A stretch of 64,000 nucleotides of DNA from assembly GCA_000004985.1 (NCBI GenBank), contig GG738855.1. One strand, given 5' to 3'. The notes beneath the pieces are model-generated. The model ran no database searches and was not told the origin of the DNA. It worked only from the letters and a program-made list of their open reading frames with translations. The translations under genes were made by a program, and so were the position numbers. The first letter of the stretch is position 1, and each line of letters opens with the position of its first letter. Shown here one piece after another: positions 43,634 through 57,373 of the stretch. Origin of the DNA: Naegleria gruberi (lineage: Eukaryota).

Positions 43634-46600
43634 ATGTTAGGCAAGAAACAAGGTTCGAAAATTAATATTCCCCTTCTTCAGAACCTTCCCTCCCATAATA
43701 ATATTGTAAATAGTTATAGTTCTAGGGATCCAACATCGACGGAGAGGAGGAAATTAAACAAACTTTCAACAAAATCGAGAATTAAGGAAGACAATTACAA
43801 TTTGGAACGAAAAATTCTTGTGGATGATGAAGATTTCAATCTTGTCACGGCACCAGCTACGTTTGTACAAGTTATCGAAGAAGAAAATCTCGATAACAAT
43901 GCTAAAAACCAACTATTGGTTCCTAATAATCAAACAAATACTTCTGATGATTCGGAAGATAAGAAAAATGGAACAAGACAAACACGAAGAGTCATGAAGA
44001 AGTCTCCTACAGCTTCAACAGCCATCAGCAAATTTTCTCTTGTACACGGAAAAGTGAAAGCTATTGCATCTATTCAATTGGCTGGTAAAATTAGGAGAAA
44101 GGAATTAAATCAAAAAGTTAAACAATTAAGTGAATATGCTGATCACGATCTTGAAGAAATTCAGAAAGGAAAAGAAAATAGAATTTCACCATCATTCGAA
44201 GAATCTGAGGAAGATGATCAAGCGAGAAGAGATACAGATTATGCTAAATATTTACAAGATAAAAAGAAATTGGAAAAGAAACCTATTGAAGATGATATTA
44301 ATGAAAAAATTAAATTGGAGGATATTAGAAGATTATTTGAAAATAGTTCCGAAGATGGACTTACAGAAGATGAGTTCATCTCTGGAATGAGTAGATTATT
44401 AGGATCTGGAAGAGATAGAGACGAATTTAAAGCTCTATTTGCTCGCATTGATGCCAATGCAAACGGAAGTGTGGATTGGAATGAATTTTCAACCTATGTT
44501 TTGCTAGGTTATGAAGGTGCTAAAAAGATGAAAAACAATTTTGAGGATAAGATGTTTGTAAAACAAACATACCCTGATATCAATACTAAACCAATGTACC
44601 ATAAAGGAAACATTACAAGAATAACAGTGGATGAAAAGAGACAGAGATACTATACAGCAGGAAATGATGGTTTAGTGAAATCGTGGTATTATGAAAATTT
44701 AATGTTTGACAGAAATATTTATTATTCACCGAGCAGTATAATTACAGATATTTCATATTTGCCCTTACATGACGAATTATGTATCTGTAATGTTGACAGA
44801 GTTGTTAGTTTTTATGATCTCGATACTTTCACTGTAAGAAGAGCATTTAAAGGTAGACAATATTATAATAAGGGAATTTATAATATCATATCTAGTAGAG
44901 CAACAGCAGACGATACAACAATCAACAGTCTCATGAGCACAATGGAGGACGATACCAATCCATCTGCCAACTCAAAACCAAATAGACAAACCCAAAAACT
45001 CTCCTCTTCACTACCATCACTTTCTAGAAGAACTTTCAAAGAGTATGCTCCTATTAATATGCCTTCTCGCCTTAAAGATCCTAATCCTCTAATTGAAACT
45101 CTTTCTCCACTTCCTAATAGTGTGAAAATTCACAAGCAAATAGAGAATATGAAGAATGATTATTTTACGAAACCATTCCATATTAGTGATTCAGTTCAGC
45201 TCACTGTTTTGGAAGATTTTATAGACACTCCTACATGTATGACTGATTTTTCTAAATTCTTTGTTGACAGAAAGATGAAAGAAGAAAAACGGAAAACAGG
45301 AGTACTATCACTTCCAACCATAATCAATCAAACTGGGGATTATGTTGGTAGCTATTCAAAACAAGGTATTGAAATCATTAACCCTTGCTTCATTATGTTT
45401 GGAATGGATTCTGGTTATGTGAAATTATTCGATTGTACCACTACCTATACGGGAAGTAGAGTTCAAGAATCTATTCTACCTGAAAAGAAGTGGAAACTTC
45501 ATAATGGGTGGGTTTCAAAAATAATCTATGCACCAAGTATTGACTGTATGATAACGAGCTCGTATGATAAGACCATCTCTGTAACCAATTTTGATGATCC
45601 AAAACGTGGAGGAAGAATATTGCAAGGCCACTCAATGGAAATATACTCTGTTGATTGGTGTGAAAGACATAAATTAGTAGCATCATCCGGAAGAGATAAG
45701 GAAATTAGATTGTGGAATCCGTTCATTCCATCCTCTTTAGTAACACTTTGTGGTCATGAAAAGCCTGTAATAGAAGTCAAATTTAATGTTGACGATAGAC
45801 AAATCATATCTTATGATACTGGAAAAACAATCAAAGTTTGGGATTTAAGAAACTATAAGCTTGTGCAAACAATTGAAGATATCAAGTCTAAACCTACAAC
45901 TGGATCTGCTGATTCTCATATCCAGTCTTTCACTGGTAAATACCCTGGATCAGCTATGATTTATCACCACAAAAAGAGTAGAGTTATAACAGCCAGTCAC
46001 AAAATGAAAACATGGCCAATGAAACGAACACTCACAGAATTTTCATTAGAATACAAGGGTCACAAATCAGCTGTTGTGGCTTGTCTTTACAATGATATGT
46101 TGAGACAACTCATTACATGTGATGAGAAAGTTGTTTGTGTATGGGATGCCACAACAGGTAGGTTACTATTCAAATTTGCTGTTCAAAACAAAATTTCAAA
46201 TGCTGTTCTTGATACTCTAAAACGAAGATTGATCATTTCATCTCACAATGGAGAGGTTTCATTGTGGAATTATATCAATGGTCAGCAGTTATTAGTTTGT
46301 TATTCTCCTCCATTAGAGATTGACGAGATCATAGAAAAACCAGAATACACAGAACCAGCTTATAATGACCTAGCAACTCCAAGAGGTGTTATTGATCAGG
46401 AAACAACTCTTCGATCTTCTTTGGAAGAGAAGAATATTTCATCACTTGATTATAAGGGCCTAGCTTTTGTTTTCAAAGAACTGAGAGGAATTAGATCGAT
46501 AGTCGCTGGAGGTAATAACAAGAGAGTAGTATTTTGGAAAGACGATGATCAGGACTCTTCTGTAGAGGATTTCTCTCATAGCTCAATGAAATTTCCAAAA

Positions 46601-48599
46601 GACATTAATGTAATTCGTCAGTTTAGCGATTATTTGGCAGTGGGGCTTGACAATGGATCAATAATGACCATAGACGCAATCAATGGTGAATTGAAATACT
46701 CTTCTCTCTATACACAAATACCAAATTATACCTATGACATACTTTACTTTATCAACAAGCAGAGAAGAGTTAAAGCAGTACAAACTGATAACCTTCCTCA
46801 ACCAACAACTAATTGTCAAATTGAAGATTTAATGTTTTTAGAGAATAGAGATGGACTTCTTGTTTCCGCCAGAAGTAATGGAATAATATCATTATGGGAA
46901 ACTAGAAAATCCTTAAGTCATCTTTACTCATTCCAAACCACACCCAATGGAGAAGCAATTTCCTGTATTTCATGTAGCAGTACCAATGAAACGATTGTTC
47001 TTGGTGACTCTAGAGGATTTATTTATGTTTATGATTTAACTGATTTGCCAAGAGCCAAATCCTTAGAATTTACAAAACCAGAGAGTATTGTTATACAAAA
47101 GAATAATATTAGACTTGTAAAATCTTTTAAAGCTCATACTGATTCAGTTACAAGTTTGACTTATCTTTCTGGGTTTAACCTTATTGCATCATGTGGCTTA
47201 GATTGTACAGTTGTACTTTTTGATTTGTATGGAATTCCAATTGGATTTTTCGGACAAAAGAATGAGTGGAAAGTTGGTTTGGATTTTACCTATGGAAGAC
47301 ATGAAATAACAGATCTCAAACATGTTATTAATCTCGATCTTTCAATGTATAGAAATGATGATGCAAAAGATAGTGAATTTGATCAAGTCATCAAAAGTAA
47401 AGATGAGCTCAACAAGCTCAATAAGCAATTAGCAAAGAAAAATAATGTAAATAACAGTAACAATACCACCAGTTCCAGTAATAATGGAAGCGTTACTCCT
47501 CAGCCAGATAATAATATGAAGTTAACTATTAACGATCAACCGAAATCACCTGTACCATCAGGTTCCCAAAAGTATAATCATAGCACTGCCTCAACTCCAG
47601 TTCAGAGAAGATCACTAGTTAAAGAGAATTCTAGATCTAATCTAATGTCTCAAAGTCAAACACCACAACCATCAGCAAAACAAAAGACACCAACACTTCT
47701 TGTTTCCACATCTCCATCAGATCAACAACCAGTACAAGCTAAACCTCTCCTTAGTGTATCAGACCCTAACAAACAAGCCAATTTCCTTACTGTAGACACA
47801 AAACCGAATGAGAAGAAGGGAGGAACACTTTCCACCTCTCAGACAAGATATCAAAAATTGCGTGAATTGGAAGATAGAGTTTCAAATCTCATCGAGAAAT
47901 CCCTCAAAGAGCAAGGAGCTGTTGACCAATCCACAACACCAAGAGAGGCTGGGGAAGGGGAAAACTCATACGAAGACTCTAAAGAATCTTCAGAGAGAAA
48001 AGCTCTGGAAAAGTTTCAGAAAACATTACTTTGGTCCCAAGCTCATGATACTAATTGGATAGATAGAGTGAGAACACTAATTGATGTTGATGATTATTCA
48101 TTTGAAAGTAAGTTTTAAGTGATTTTGTTGTAGATAACACCATAATTAAGGAAATATTGAGGATTTCATGGTAGATCACAAGGTTCCCAATACATCACTT
48201 CTCCAAACCACTGTTTCCACAGTAGCTAAACCTGTACCATCTACTCCCTCTTCTAATAAGGGTAGGAACCAAGAAAAGAATATTGTTTCGAGTTCTGTGG
48301 TTGTTGTTGAGCCAAACAAAACAAGAAGTAGATCTATTGCAACTGCTCCATCTGAATTGAATTCGTCAAATAATACCACTCTTCCATCTCCTGTTGCTCA
48401 TCATTCCCCTGCAACTACCTCACACTCTGATAAGTTACCTCACATTTTCAAAGGTAACATGACAGATTCTGCAACAGAGAGAAGATCTCAAGCAAGTTCG
48501 ACATTTGACCAGACGGACAGAGATTTTGAAAAGAAAATCAATAGTTTATTTTCCTCTTTAGACATAACCATTAAGGAGATCAATAAAGTGCTTCTCTAG
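43634..48599 (+). CDS. EF-hand plus WD40-repeat protein (WDR49/EFCAB8-like, cilium-associated family), probably two exons
   Basis: N-terminal EF-hand loop ..FARIDANANGSVDWNEFSTYVLL... Many WD repeats follow (..AGNDGLVKSWYYE.., ..KTIKVWDLRNYK.., ..KVVCVWDATTGR.., ..GEVSLWNYINGQ..). Ser/Thr/Pro/Gln-rich tail. The main ORF ends at 48118, but GTAAGT at 48108 and TAG at 48172-48174 define a 67-nt intron that joins in frame to ORF 48168..48599, which has the same composition. Confidence 0.55.
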
Positions 48600-48634
48600 A
48601 GTTCTTGATACCAATATAATTATTATTTTCATTC

Positions 48635-49438
48635 TTACTTGATAACTCTACTTTGTCTTGCTGAAGCTTCTTTGTAATAACTTAACAAAATTTGTTTTTC
48701 CAAATCACTTGCATGTTCTTTTCTTGTGACGCTCTCAAGTTCAAGACCAATAAGTATTGACACTCCTAATGCCAATACACTTGCTATTGGAATTGTTGTT
48801 TTTGCTCTCTTAATCATTTTCTCTCGTTCCAGTTCTACTCTATAAGATGTCATATTTGGTTTGTTATGCATAAACTGATCCCATGATGTTTTAGATTCAT
48901 CAAAAAATGGTGAAGTTACCTTTTCATCTTCAGCTTTCAACTTTTTTTCATGCAACTTTTTAAGATTTTCTCTAAACTCTCTTTCTTCCTCACTTAAATT
49001 GTCACCCTCATTTGTTTCACTCTTTGGTTTATATCTGTCAGATTGATGCATAATATTGTACATTTTTCTTCTCATAGCTGAATCATAGACAACAGTGTTC
49101 ATATTGGTTCCAAATGGAGATGACGAACTTCCCATAATTCTTCCAAAGTGTGCTCCAATTTCAATTTCTCTATCATATTCTGCTCTCTTTTCTTCATCAC
49201 TTAGAATATCATAACTTTCCTGAATGTCCAACCAGGCTTGGTCATCATCATCCTCATTCTTTTTTTCTACTACTTCATTACTAATATTTGGTGATGGTAT
49301 TGCTTGTGCCTTTTTATTGGTATCTGGATGGTGTTTCTTTGCTAAATTATAATAGGCTTTTTTAATTTGTTGTTTAGTGGCATTCCGAGTAACTCCTAAT
49401 ATTGAATAATAATCCACAATTTGGTTTGGTATTTTCAT
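48635..49438 (-). CDS. J-domain (DnaJ-like) co-chaperone with C-terminal transmembrane segment
   Basis: ..[35 protein letters not shown].. is a canonical J domain with the HPD motif. Hydrophobic segment ..[17 protein letters not shown].. lies near the C-terminus. Confidence 0.7.
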   Translation of the reverse strand: MKIPNQIVDYYSILGVTRNATKQQIKKAYYNLAKKHHPDTNKKAQAIPSPNISNEVVEKKNEDDDDQAWLDIQESYDILSDEEKRAEYDREIEIGAHFGRIMGSSSSPFGTNMNTVVYDSAMRRKMYNIMHQSDRYKPKSETNEGDNLSEEEREFRENLKKLHEKKLKAEDEKVTSPFFDESKTSWDQFMHNKPNMTSYRVELEREKMIKRAKTTIPIASVLALGVSILIGLELESVTRKEHASDLEKQILLSYYKEASARQSRVIK

Positions 49439-49764
49439 TTTAAATTATTAAATTATTATATAAGAGCAGTACTATTATTACTAAAATGTTGGTGTGAGGT
49501 TTGTTGATATTGTTTAATAGTTAATTTTTCTCTGTCGGAAGAATATTAAGTTGTCATCCACAGTGTTTTATTTTTTTTCCTAGTTTGTCGGCGAAACTTT
49601 ATTATCCAAATTTATTACAAGGTAGTGACCCTAGATAATATTAAAAGCACAATGAGTTTATGAATGGAAGTACTTCAACAAGAAACTAAACTTGTGTTTC
49701 CTCAATACTCTAATAATTTACATATAATTTTTGGTTTTTTTTTATTACAAAATTAGAAAATAAC

Positions 49765-50904
49765 TTAGTTCTTAAGTGGCTTTCTGGCCAAGAAGAAGTA
49801 TGATGGAGTGAAAATACCAGTCTTACCACCACCAACCAAACCTTCAGCACCAGCCATCAAGAATTCGTAAGCTTGTTGTGAAGTCTTTGGGACGAGACCG
49901 ATCTTTTCCAAAATACCGACGAGTTTGTGAACTACCCATCTACCGTATGAAGTTTGGAACCAGTTAGTAAGTTCCCAACCACCATTATCCAAAGGTTGAT
50001 ACCATGGAATTGGATTAATCTTATCAGTAATAGCAACATCTTCAGTTCTAATAACTTCAAATCCAGCCTTAACCAAAGCATCATCAATTTCCTTATCCAT
50101 GAGGATTTCTGGCAAACCATCACCCTTCATGATATCAAACTTAATCTTGTTGTGTTCTTCATTCTTAGAATCATACTTTCCAGTAATCATAACCCATTCA
50201 TAACCACCGAAGACTGCACCTGGCTTCAACTTGTTAAAGATTTGCTTATAACAATGTGGTCTATCCTTGGCGTGGCAAGTAGCTTCAATAGCATAGGCAG
50301 CATCATATGATTCAGCTGGTAAATCCTTATTATCATCCAAATTATTGAAATCTCCACGAACAATGTTACATCTTCCATCCATACCCATTTCATTGATGAA
50401 AACCTTAGCACGTTCAGATTGATATGGGTGATTATTAACACCAGTAACATTACAACCAGAGAAACGAGCAATATTAACAGCTGGACCCATAACACCACAA
50501 CCCAAATCCAAACACTTCATACCTGGCTTCAAATCTAATTGTTTAGCTAACCAGTATTCGTGTCTAAGAATGGATTCAATGAGGGATTCTCTAGAGTGAC
50601 TAATCTAGTGTTAATTAAATCATGTTTAAATTTAACAAATAACAACATACCGAGTAGCAAAGTGGAAAGATCTACCCCAACCATACAAGTAGAAATCAGT
50701 AACCATATCATAATATTTACCAGCAACATCCCAACCGGCCTTCTTTCTCTTTTCGTGGGTTTGTTGGTTATCAGTAGCAAAGAGTTCTTGATAAGAAGCA
50801 GTCTTATCAGTATCAGTCAAGTGACTTCCCTTGATTTGTTCACGGAACTTAAAGAGGTAGAGAATGAAACCACCAACAATAACTGTTAAAATGATAAGGA
50901 ACAT
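49765..50904 (-). CDS. ERG6: Sterol 24-C-methyltransferase (ERG6/SMT1), two exons, 359 aa
   Basis: Exon 1 50651-50904 (..VTDFYLYGWGRSFHFATR), 60-nt intron 50591-50650 (GTATGT..CTAG), exon 2 49765-50590 (ESLIESILRHEYWLAKQLDLKPGMKCLDLGCGVMGPAVNIARFSGCNVTGVNNHPYQ..YAIEATCHA..YEWVMI..). Collinear with my recollection of yeast Erg6 and plant SMT1. Confidence 0.85.
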
Positions 50905-51284
50905 TTTGATACGTTCGACAAGGGTTTATTGTAGTGGCGTATTTTTTTTCAACAAAAACTTACATCATTTCACAGAACATAAACAACGCAAGAGCTTGAT
51001 GTCGGTGCTTGCTTTGTGATTTTTCCAATCTGATGGCGTTATTATTAAGAGGCAGCATTAATTGTGTGATTCTTCGTTTTGTGCTAACCTTGATAGGTTT
51101 TGAAAAGGCACTGAAATGCTGATACTCGGAGAGCGTTCGGCCTTCGATAAGCGAAGAGAGGAGAAGCGATTTGTTAACGTTGCGAGTTGTAAAATCAACA
51201 ACCCTTTGCAAAAACATGTATGTAGCCAATTCGAGAATTTAATCATGCTTTTGAAAAGGATTGTTTATTGAGTCGTTTCGTTGA

Positions 51285-54200
51285 TTATTCAGAAGAGGTT
51301 GAGGAAGAAGATCCGTTTCTTCCTTCATTGCTTATTGTTGGAGGATTGATAACAATAAGCGGAATTTTGAGGCATTTCTTAATGAGCTGCAGAGAGTGAA
51401 GGAAAAATCTATAACCATTTCTAGAGTTCTCTGATGGTGTGAGTCTACTGTTGGCCAACTGACCACTATTTGTATAAACAATTTGCATATCCATCAAGAA
51501 TTCAAGAGCTATTGACATGACAGATTCAGGGAAAAACAGTAAAGTGCAGTCTGGTCTGAAATTGAGTAAACAAATAATGGCCTCACTCAAATCCAATAAA
51601 TCTGAAAATGAAAGAATAAATACAGGGAAATCTTGTGCAGAGTTGTAGGATTCAATATGCGTGATAATTTGTGTTGGATTCTCACTTATAGACGAAAGTT
51701 TTACAAAGTTGACGAACTTGTATCTGTCTGATTTGGATTTTGGTTTACGACCATACCCAATGATTGGACAATGGAAAGGTAGGTTTGGAAGGCTATCGTG
51801 GAATACCCCAGAGTTAACACTTTCATTTTGAATATTAAGCCCTTTCTTGATACATTCCAATATCCATTTCTTTCTATCACTTTCGACTGGTGAAATGTAT
51901 TTGAGCTCATCTTCAGAGTAGAAACAAAAATATTGAGGTTTGAATTTCATCTTTCCATTTCTCTTATTCTCTTGAGAAACAACTCTTTGAAGGGAAAAGT
52001 TTCTAGAAATAAAGTGGTCAAACATTAATTCCCAAGGAAGAACTTGTAAACTCCTACTACACAACAAAATTAATTGAGAATTAGGGTAGCAGAGCTCAGA
52101 TAGTCTTGGTAATCCGGAAAAATCTGTAGATCTTGGAGTAAGAGAGAAGAATTTACTCTTCATTCTCTTAAATAATCCAATATAATCAAACTTGTCGAGT
52201 TGTTTGTTAATTCGTTCGTATTTCTTCTTATGTCTAATATTGGGATGATAGTCGTAAGGACCTCTAACAATATTTCTCGATAAATGTTCAATAAGAGAGA
52301 ATGTATTGTCAACTCGAATATTAATTTTCTTATCTTTTCTTGGTTGACAAATCAGACTAAAGAGATAATCTTCAAGTTGGGGAATCACATTTGCAGAGTA
52401 AGCTGGTTTTTGTGAAACAGATTGGCTAGACGATTTGGAGTGTTCACTCTTATAGAATGAGTATTTAGAGTCTGTTGATTTCTTTTCTTCTGATTTTGGT
52501 GAACTATTGTTAAGAGTAGGTTGATTTTTGCCAAGTTTTTGATAGATTATTTGTCCTGTCTTTGGAGTGTAGAATGTAATGACTGAATCAATATGGATAA
52601 TATACACTAGTTTTTCCAAAGTATTCATTCCAAGATTTCTAGTGGATTCAATAGATGAATAATCGATCAAGAGTGACTTCATATAGTCTATTTCTTCTGA
52701 TTTTTGTGCATCTTCAAGTTTAATGTCTACGTATGATGGAAATTGTTGGGAATTCTTTTGTTTAACAATTGACATTAGGTGATAAAGCCTTCTCATAGAC
52801 TCTTGGTTTCTAAAGTTTAACTCTTTCTCAGAAAGATGATGCTTTTTTGCATGAAGTTTCATTCTAAAGATACATCCCCAGATTTTCTCACTAAGCAGGT
52901 CGTGAGGAGAAGGGTAATCCAAATATCCATCTGAAGATTTTGATCCATTTGATGATTGAGTGGATTGTGATCCTGTGCCAGGTCCCATTTTCAGTAAATT
53001 GAAAGACTTTAAGCTTCTCCCAGAATTGCTCTTTACGGAGGATTTTCTTCTTCTCCTCAGGAATGGAAGAGTTCTAACAGAGTTAATCTGTGTATTAATC
53101 AAAAGTGATTCATATATCTTATTTTTAGTTACCAGTGATATTTCTTCTACCTCGGATTCTGAAGATGAATCTGAGTAGGTAGAGTCGTATACAGTCGAAT
53201 CATTTGATTCTGGAGAGGTTCTCTTAAGTATCTGTTCAATTTCTGTTTCTAACAGAAGGTATGAATCAATGATAGATAAGTTATTATTAATCAATTCCTT
53301 AGATCCAAGACAGAACATTAATCGTACAAGACGTTTCAACAATGTTAAGAGTTTTTCAAGGAAAGATGGTGGTGCACCTTTTGAAACGACCACTTCAGTG
53401 TCATTGATAAAGAGTGTAAAGACAACATCTCTGCAGTGCTTCCAAAATATTTCGGCACTTGTTCTCTTGCCTTGTAAAAATTTGGCTTCTGCCATCGTTA
53501 TGTAACCATCGAGAGCAACAAGGACTGAGGTCGTTTTCAAAGCAACCTCAAGTGCAGGAAGTATGTGCTTTGTCTCAATTTCTTTCAAGTCCAACTCCCA
53601 GCCATCACTCTTAGATAAAATTAACAAGTTAGGATCAACACCACAGAAAACTATTGGAACAATTAAATATTCTATCTGGAATCTGGCAATGAAAATATCT
53701 ACTTTTGCAGCATTTAACTCGTTTGTACAAATTATATATAATTCCTTTGATTTGTAAAGGCAATCAAGGGCATCTAGTAAAACTTCTTCTGGGTTGTTGT
53801 AAATTGACCTCTTATTAATTAAACTGCTATCCATAGCGTAATTATATGTGCTTCTCCCAAAAAATTCTCGTAGTCTTTCCACTAATTCAATTTTGTTTGT
53901 ACTAGTGAGGGTGGAAGGGAAAGAAACAGGACTAGTATCTTGACTAATCTTTTGCAAAATTTTTCCTTTTAGGAAAAGAAGGTCAGCCAAAACATACGGA
54001 GCTGTACATTGAGATAAAGCAATATTAATGCAGCATAAAGCATCAGAAAATCGTGATAATTTAAGGAAACATCTAGCTGTGATTTCCAATATTTTGATAG
54101 GATCCACTCCGCTTGTTTCTAGAATTGAAACCTGTTCTGACATTAACACACCCAGTCTAAAAAGAACAAAATCACACTCCTTTAGCCATCTCTTTTTTAG

Positions 54201-57091
54201 GTAAGCTTCGGCTAAATTTATGTACACAGTGCATCTTTGTATTGAGGTGATTTTCTCTTCCATTAGTCTGGCCAGTAAATCCATTCCTCTTTCAAAATTA
54301 TAACTTTGGAGGAATAATTTAGCTAGTGTTAATTGTAGATTAAGTTCATACTCTCCAGATTTTCCTTGAGATCTCATAAATAGTAATGAATTAGTAATGC
54401 ATGATTCTGCATTTTTAAAATCACCTCGCTCAATATAAAGAGAAGATAAAAGAGATGAAAGGTGACCATATTTGGCTGTCATCTTTTCTTCGTTTGCATG
54501 ATTAAGTAACAATGTGTAATAGTAAATTCCAGATCTCCAATCATCTTCTCTTATACTCAATTCTGCTAAATCATTTACAAGAGTATAATCATAGGAAAGA
54601 TTGATTAGCTTTTGATTTTCTACAGCAGCCCTAAATATCAAAGAAGAGTATGTATACTTGTTATTTTCAGTGAGAACTTGTGCAAGTTCAACTAAAACCC
54701 TGGTACATATGTTGCTTAAAAGGCTTGGTATTGCTTTTGTAAAACCACTTGTCTGACAAAATATGTAAACACTTTCGAAAAGAACTCTCTCTGCCTGTTT
54801 GTAATCATTAGAAATGTTTCTGCAATATAAGCCAAGAGAAAAGGCAACAAAAGCTTTAAAAGTGGACATACATGGAAGCTTGTGGTAAAAAATGTTGAGT
54901 AATTCTGTTCGTTGATTAACATCTAGGAGATAGTGGAAGTTTGGATCTAAAGAAGAAGTCATTCTATTTTGAATGGACATTATTCTGAAATCTTTCTTTT
55001 GTGGATCAACTGTATACTCCATTGTCAGAGGGGAAATATTATACAAAAAGTAATGCAGTATAATTAAGGCTTCACATGCCATATCAGCATGAGTTGGAGG
55101 AGTGGTTAAATGTGATTTTGGATCCATGATCATAACAGTAGGAGTTGAAACTTGGCTATTTCTTGAGAAAATTTCTACAAGTTTGGATACAATTTTCTCG
55201 CATCGTTTGAACGTTTCTTGTTTCTTTGAGAATAGTACAATATTGTGACATAAACCCTTGATTTCTATAAGTTCTAACATATCAATGTTCTTGGAATTAA
55301 ATAATAATAGATATGATTTCATATCCAAAAATCTATCATAATTATCTGGATTAACTAACAGTGCGGCTATTTCCAATAAAGCCAAACTAAGTTTAAATAA
55401 TTCATTCAATTTTTGGACATCTTCATGATCAATATCACTCGTTATTCTTGCTGCTGGAATTTTAGAGAAGTATTCTCCTATCAATTTGAAGCAAGATGCA
55501 CAAGACTCCTTTGTTCCGATCCTCATCAATTTCCAAGCTGATTCATAATAAAATTGTGCCCATGCCACAGAGAAAGGATCAATATAATCGATATTGTGTC
55601 TAAATTTCTCCAAAATTAAATCTTTTGAGCTTTCAGCAGATAATTCTTCTTCAGATTTGTATCGGTTCATTTCCTCGAGATTTAGTGATCTCAACCATTT
55701 CAAGAAATGTTCTTTGGATGTTAGAACGGTTTCATCTTCTAATTCTAAAGAATAGAGCTGAGGAATAGTTTCATCATACTTTTGTACAACAAAAGTGTTT
55801 CGGAATAAAGCAAGATTTTTTTTTCTGAAAAGTGAAAGACGAGGAGGGAATAGTTGTTCCTCAATAGGGTCAATTTCATCCTCAGGATTTGAGGAAAAAT
55901 ATCCAGCATACACACCTTTAAGTTGAGTAGCTGATTCAACTCCCCAGTCATCATCATCGTCGTCATCACTATAGCTATGTACACTCGAGGTGGAAAAAAA
56001 CTGTGTTGTACTCTCAACCAGTTTTCTTTGCACTTCACTTTCGATATCTCTTAATTGTTTATCTTCTTTAGTGGATTTAGGACTGATTTTCGCAATAAAT
56101 TGAATGAACTTCAAAGCTGTTTTTACTAAGCTCATTCTAATCAATACCTTAAGTAATACTCTCATCGATTCAATAAACAATTCTTCTCTTAGAAGGTAGC
56201 AATTTGAGTTTCCAAATAAAATTAAATAATGAAGAGAAGGGAGAACGTATCTGAAAATTAGTTTTTCACACTCTTCCTTTTCTATTGATTTACAATCATT
56301 TTCCTCAAGAATGATTCTTGCTTGATAAGTTATTATTTCTCCACAACATATAGAGATACTATGCAACAGATTAGCATTGGAACTGTTGCTAGCATTGAAG
56401 AACGTGTTGATGTAACTAAAATTTGCTGATGATTTGTGATTATATGATGAAAATGATGGTGAGTAATTTGATCCTGTTGATATTAGTCGAAAGAGCGTCT
56501 CTCCTCTTTCTCTTGCTGATGATAAATATTCCTTACAGTCCTCTATCTTTCCTACACCTTTCATAACTTGAGCAAACATAAATAAAACCCTAACGTATAA
56601 CAATTCAACTATAGTAAAGTGAGTGAGATTACTAAGATCACATAATTAACAAACATACGCTTCACATTAAAATTCATCGTTATTTGCTCAATCAGCTTGC
56701 TTTGAAGCTTATTCAATTCAAAGTGAGCCTCTCCATAATATCCATACTGAATAAATATAACAGCCCTGTTTAAACCTAATATTAAGCATGATTCATAGGA
56801 GTGTCCTTGAATCAGTGTTGAGGTCGAATTCTCAGAAGGTAAATTTGATTGTACAAGCGAGTCTACTAGTTGAAGTAATTCATAAACTTCCCATTTCGGA
56901 GCACACTTATCCTTGAACTCTAATATTTGGAAGAAATAGCTTGGTGTTATATGCATACATTCACATGATTGTTTAGCCTCAACTATTAATATTAAAATTA
57001 TCAAAATTATCCACAAACATTGTTACCTACCTGAGTTCAAAAACTCCAATAGCTTTTCCTCGGCGGAAATAGTTTTTGATTGGTCCTTCAT
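51285..57091 (-). CDS. Giant (~1900 aa) helical/TPR-like protein with C-terminal LPWE-containing domain; possible divergent separase
   Basis: Exons 57031-57091 (MKDQSKTISAEEKLLEFLNS), 56659-56982, 51285-56608. Introns 48 nt (GTAGGT..TAG) and 50 nt (GTATGT..TAG); junctions verified in frame (..NFNVK|LELLYVRVLF..). TPR-like helical repeats over most of the length. C-terminal ..LILLCSRSLQVLPWELMFDH.. resembles the separase LQKLPWE motif, but no clear His/Cys catalytic dyad was found. Confidence 0.45.
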
Positions 57092-57373
57092 TTAATGTCT
57101 TTCCTTGTTGTTCATCTAAGGTTTTTATAAGAGAAGATTATATATTTTTAAAAGGGAAGAATTATGATGTTTTTTTAAGGATTAAGGAAGAATGAACCAT
57201 AGCTATCTAATAACCTCCAAAAATATCTATGCAAAAAATTGATCAAGAATATGATAAGTCATATTGAATGGAGGAGATATTCATAATTAAGACCATTTAA
57301 CTCTTGGATTCATTCACTTTCGCGTGTCTCTTGTATTAATTGTGTTAACAGAAAACCTTTCTTCAACAAAAAA

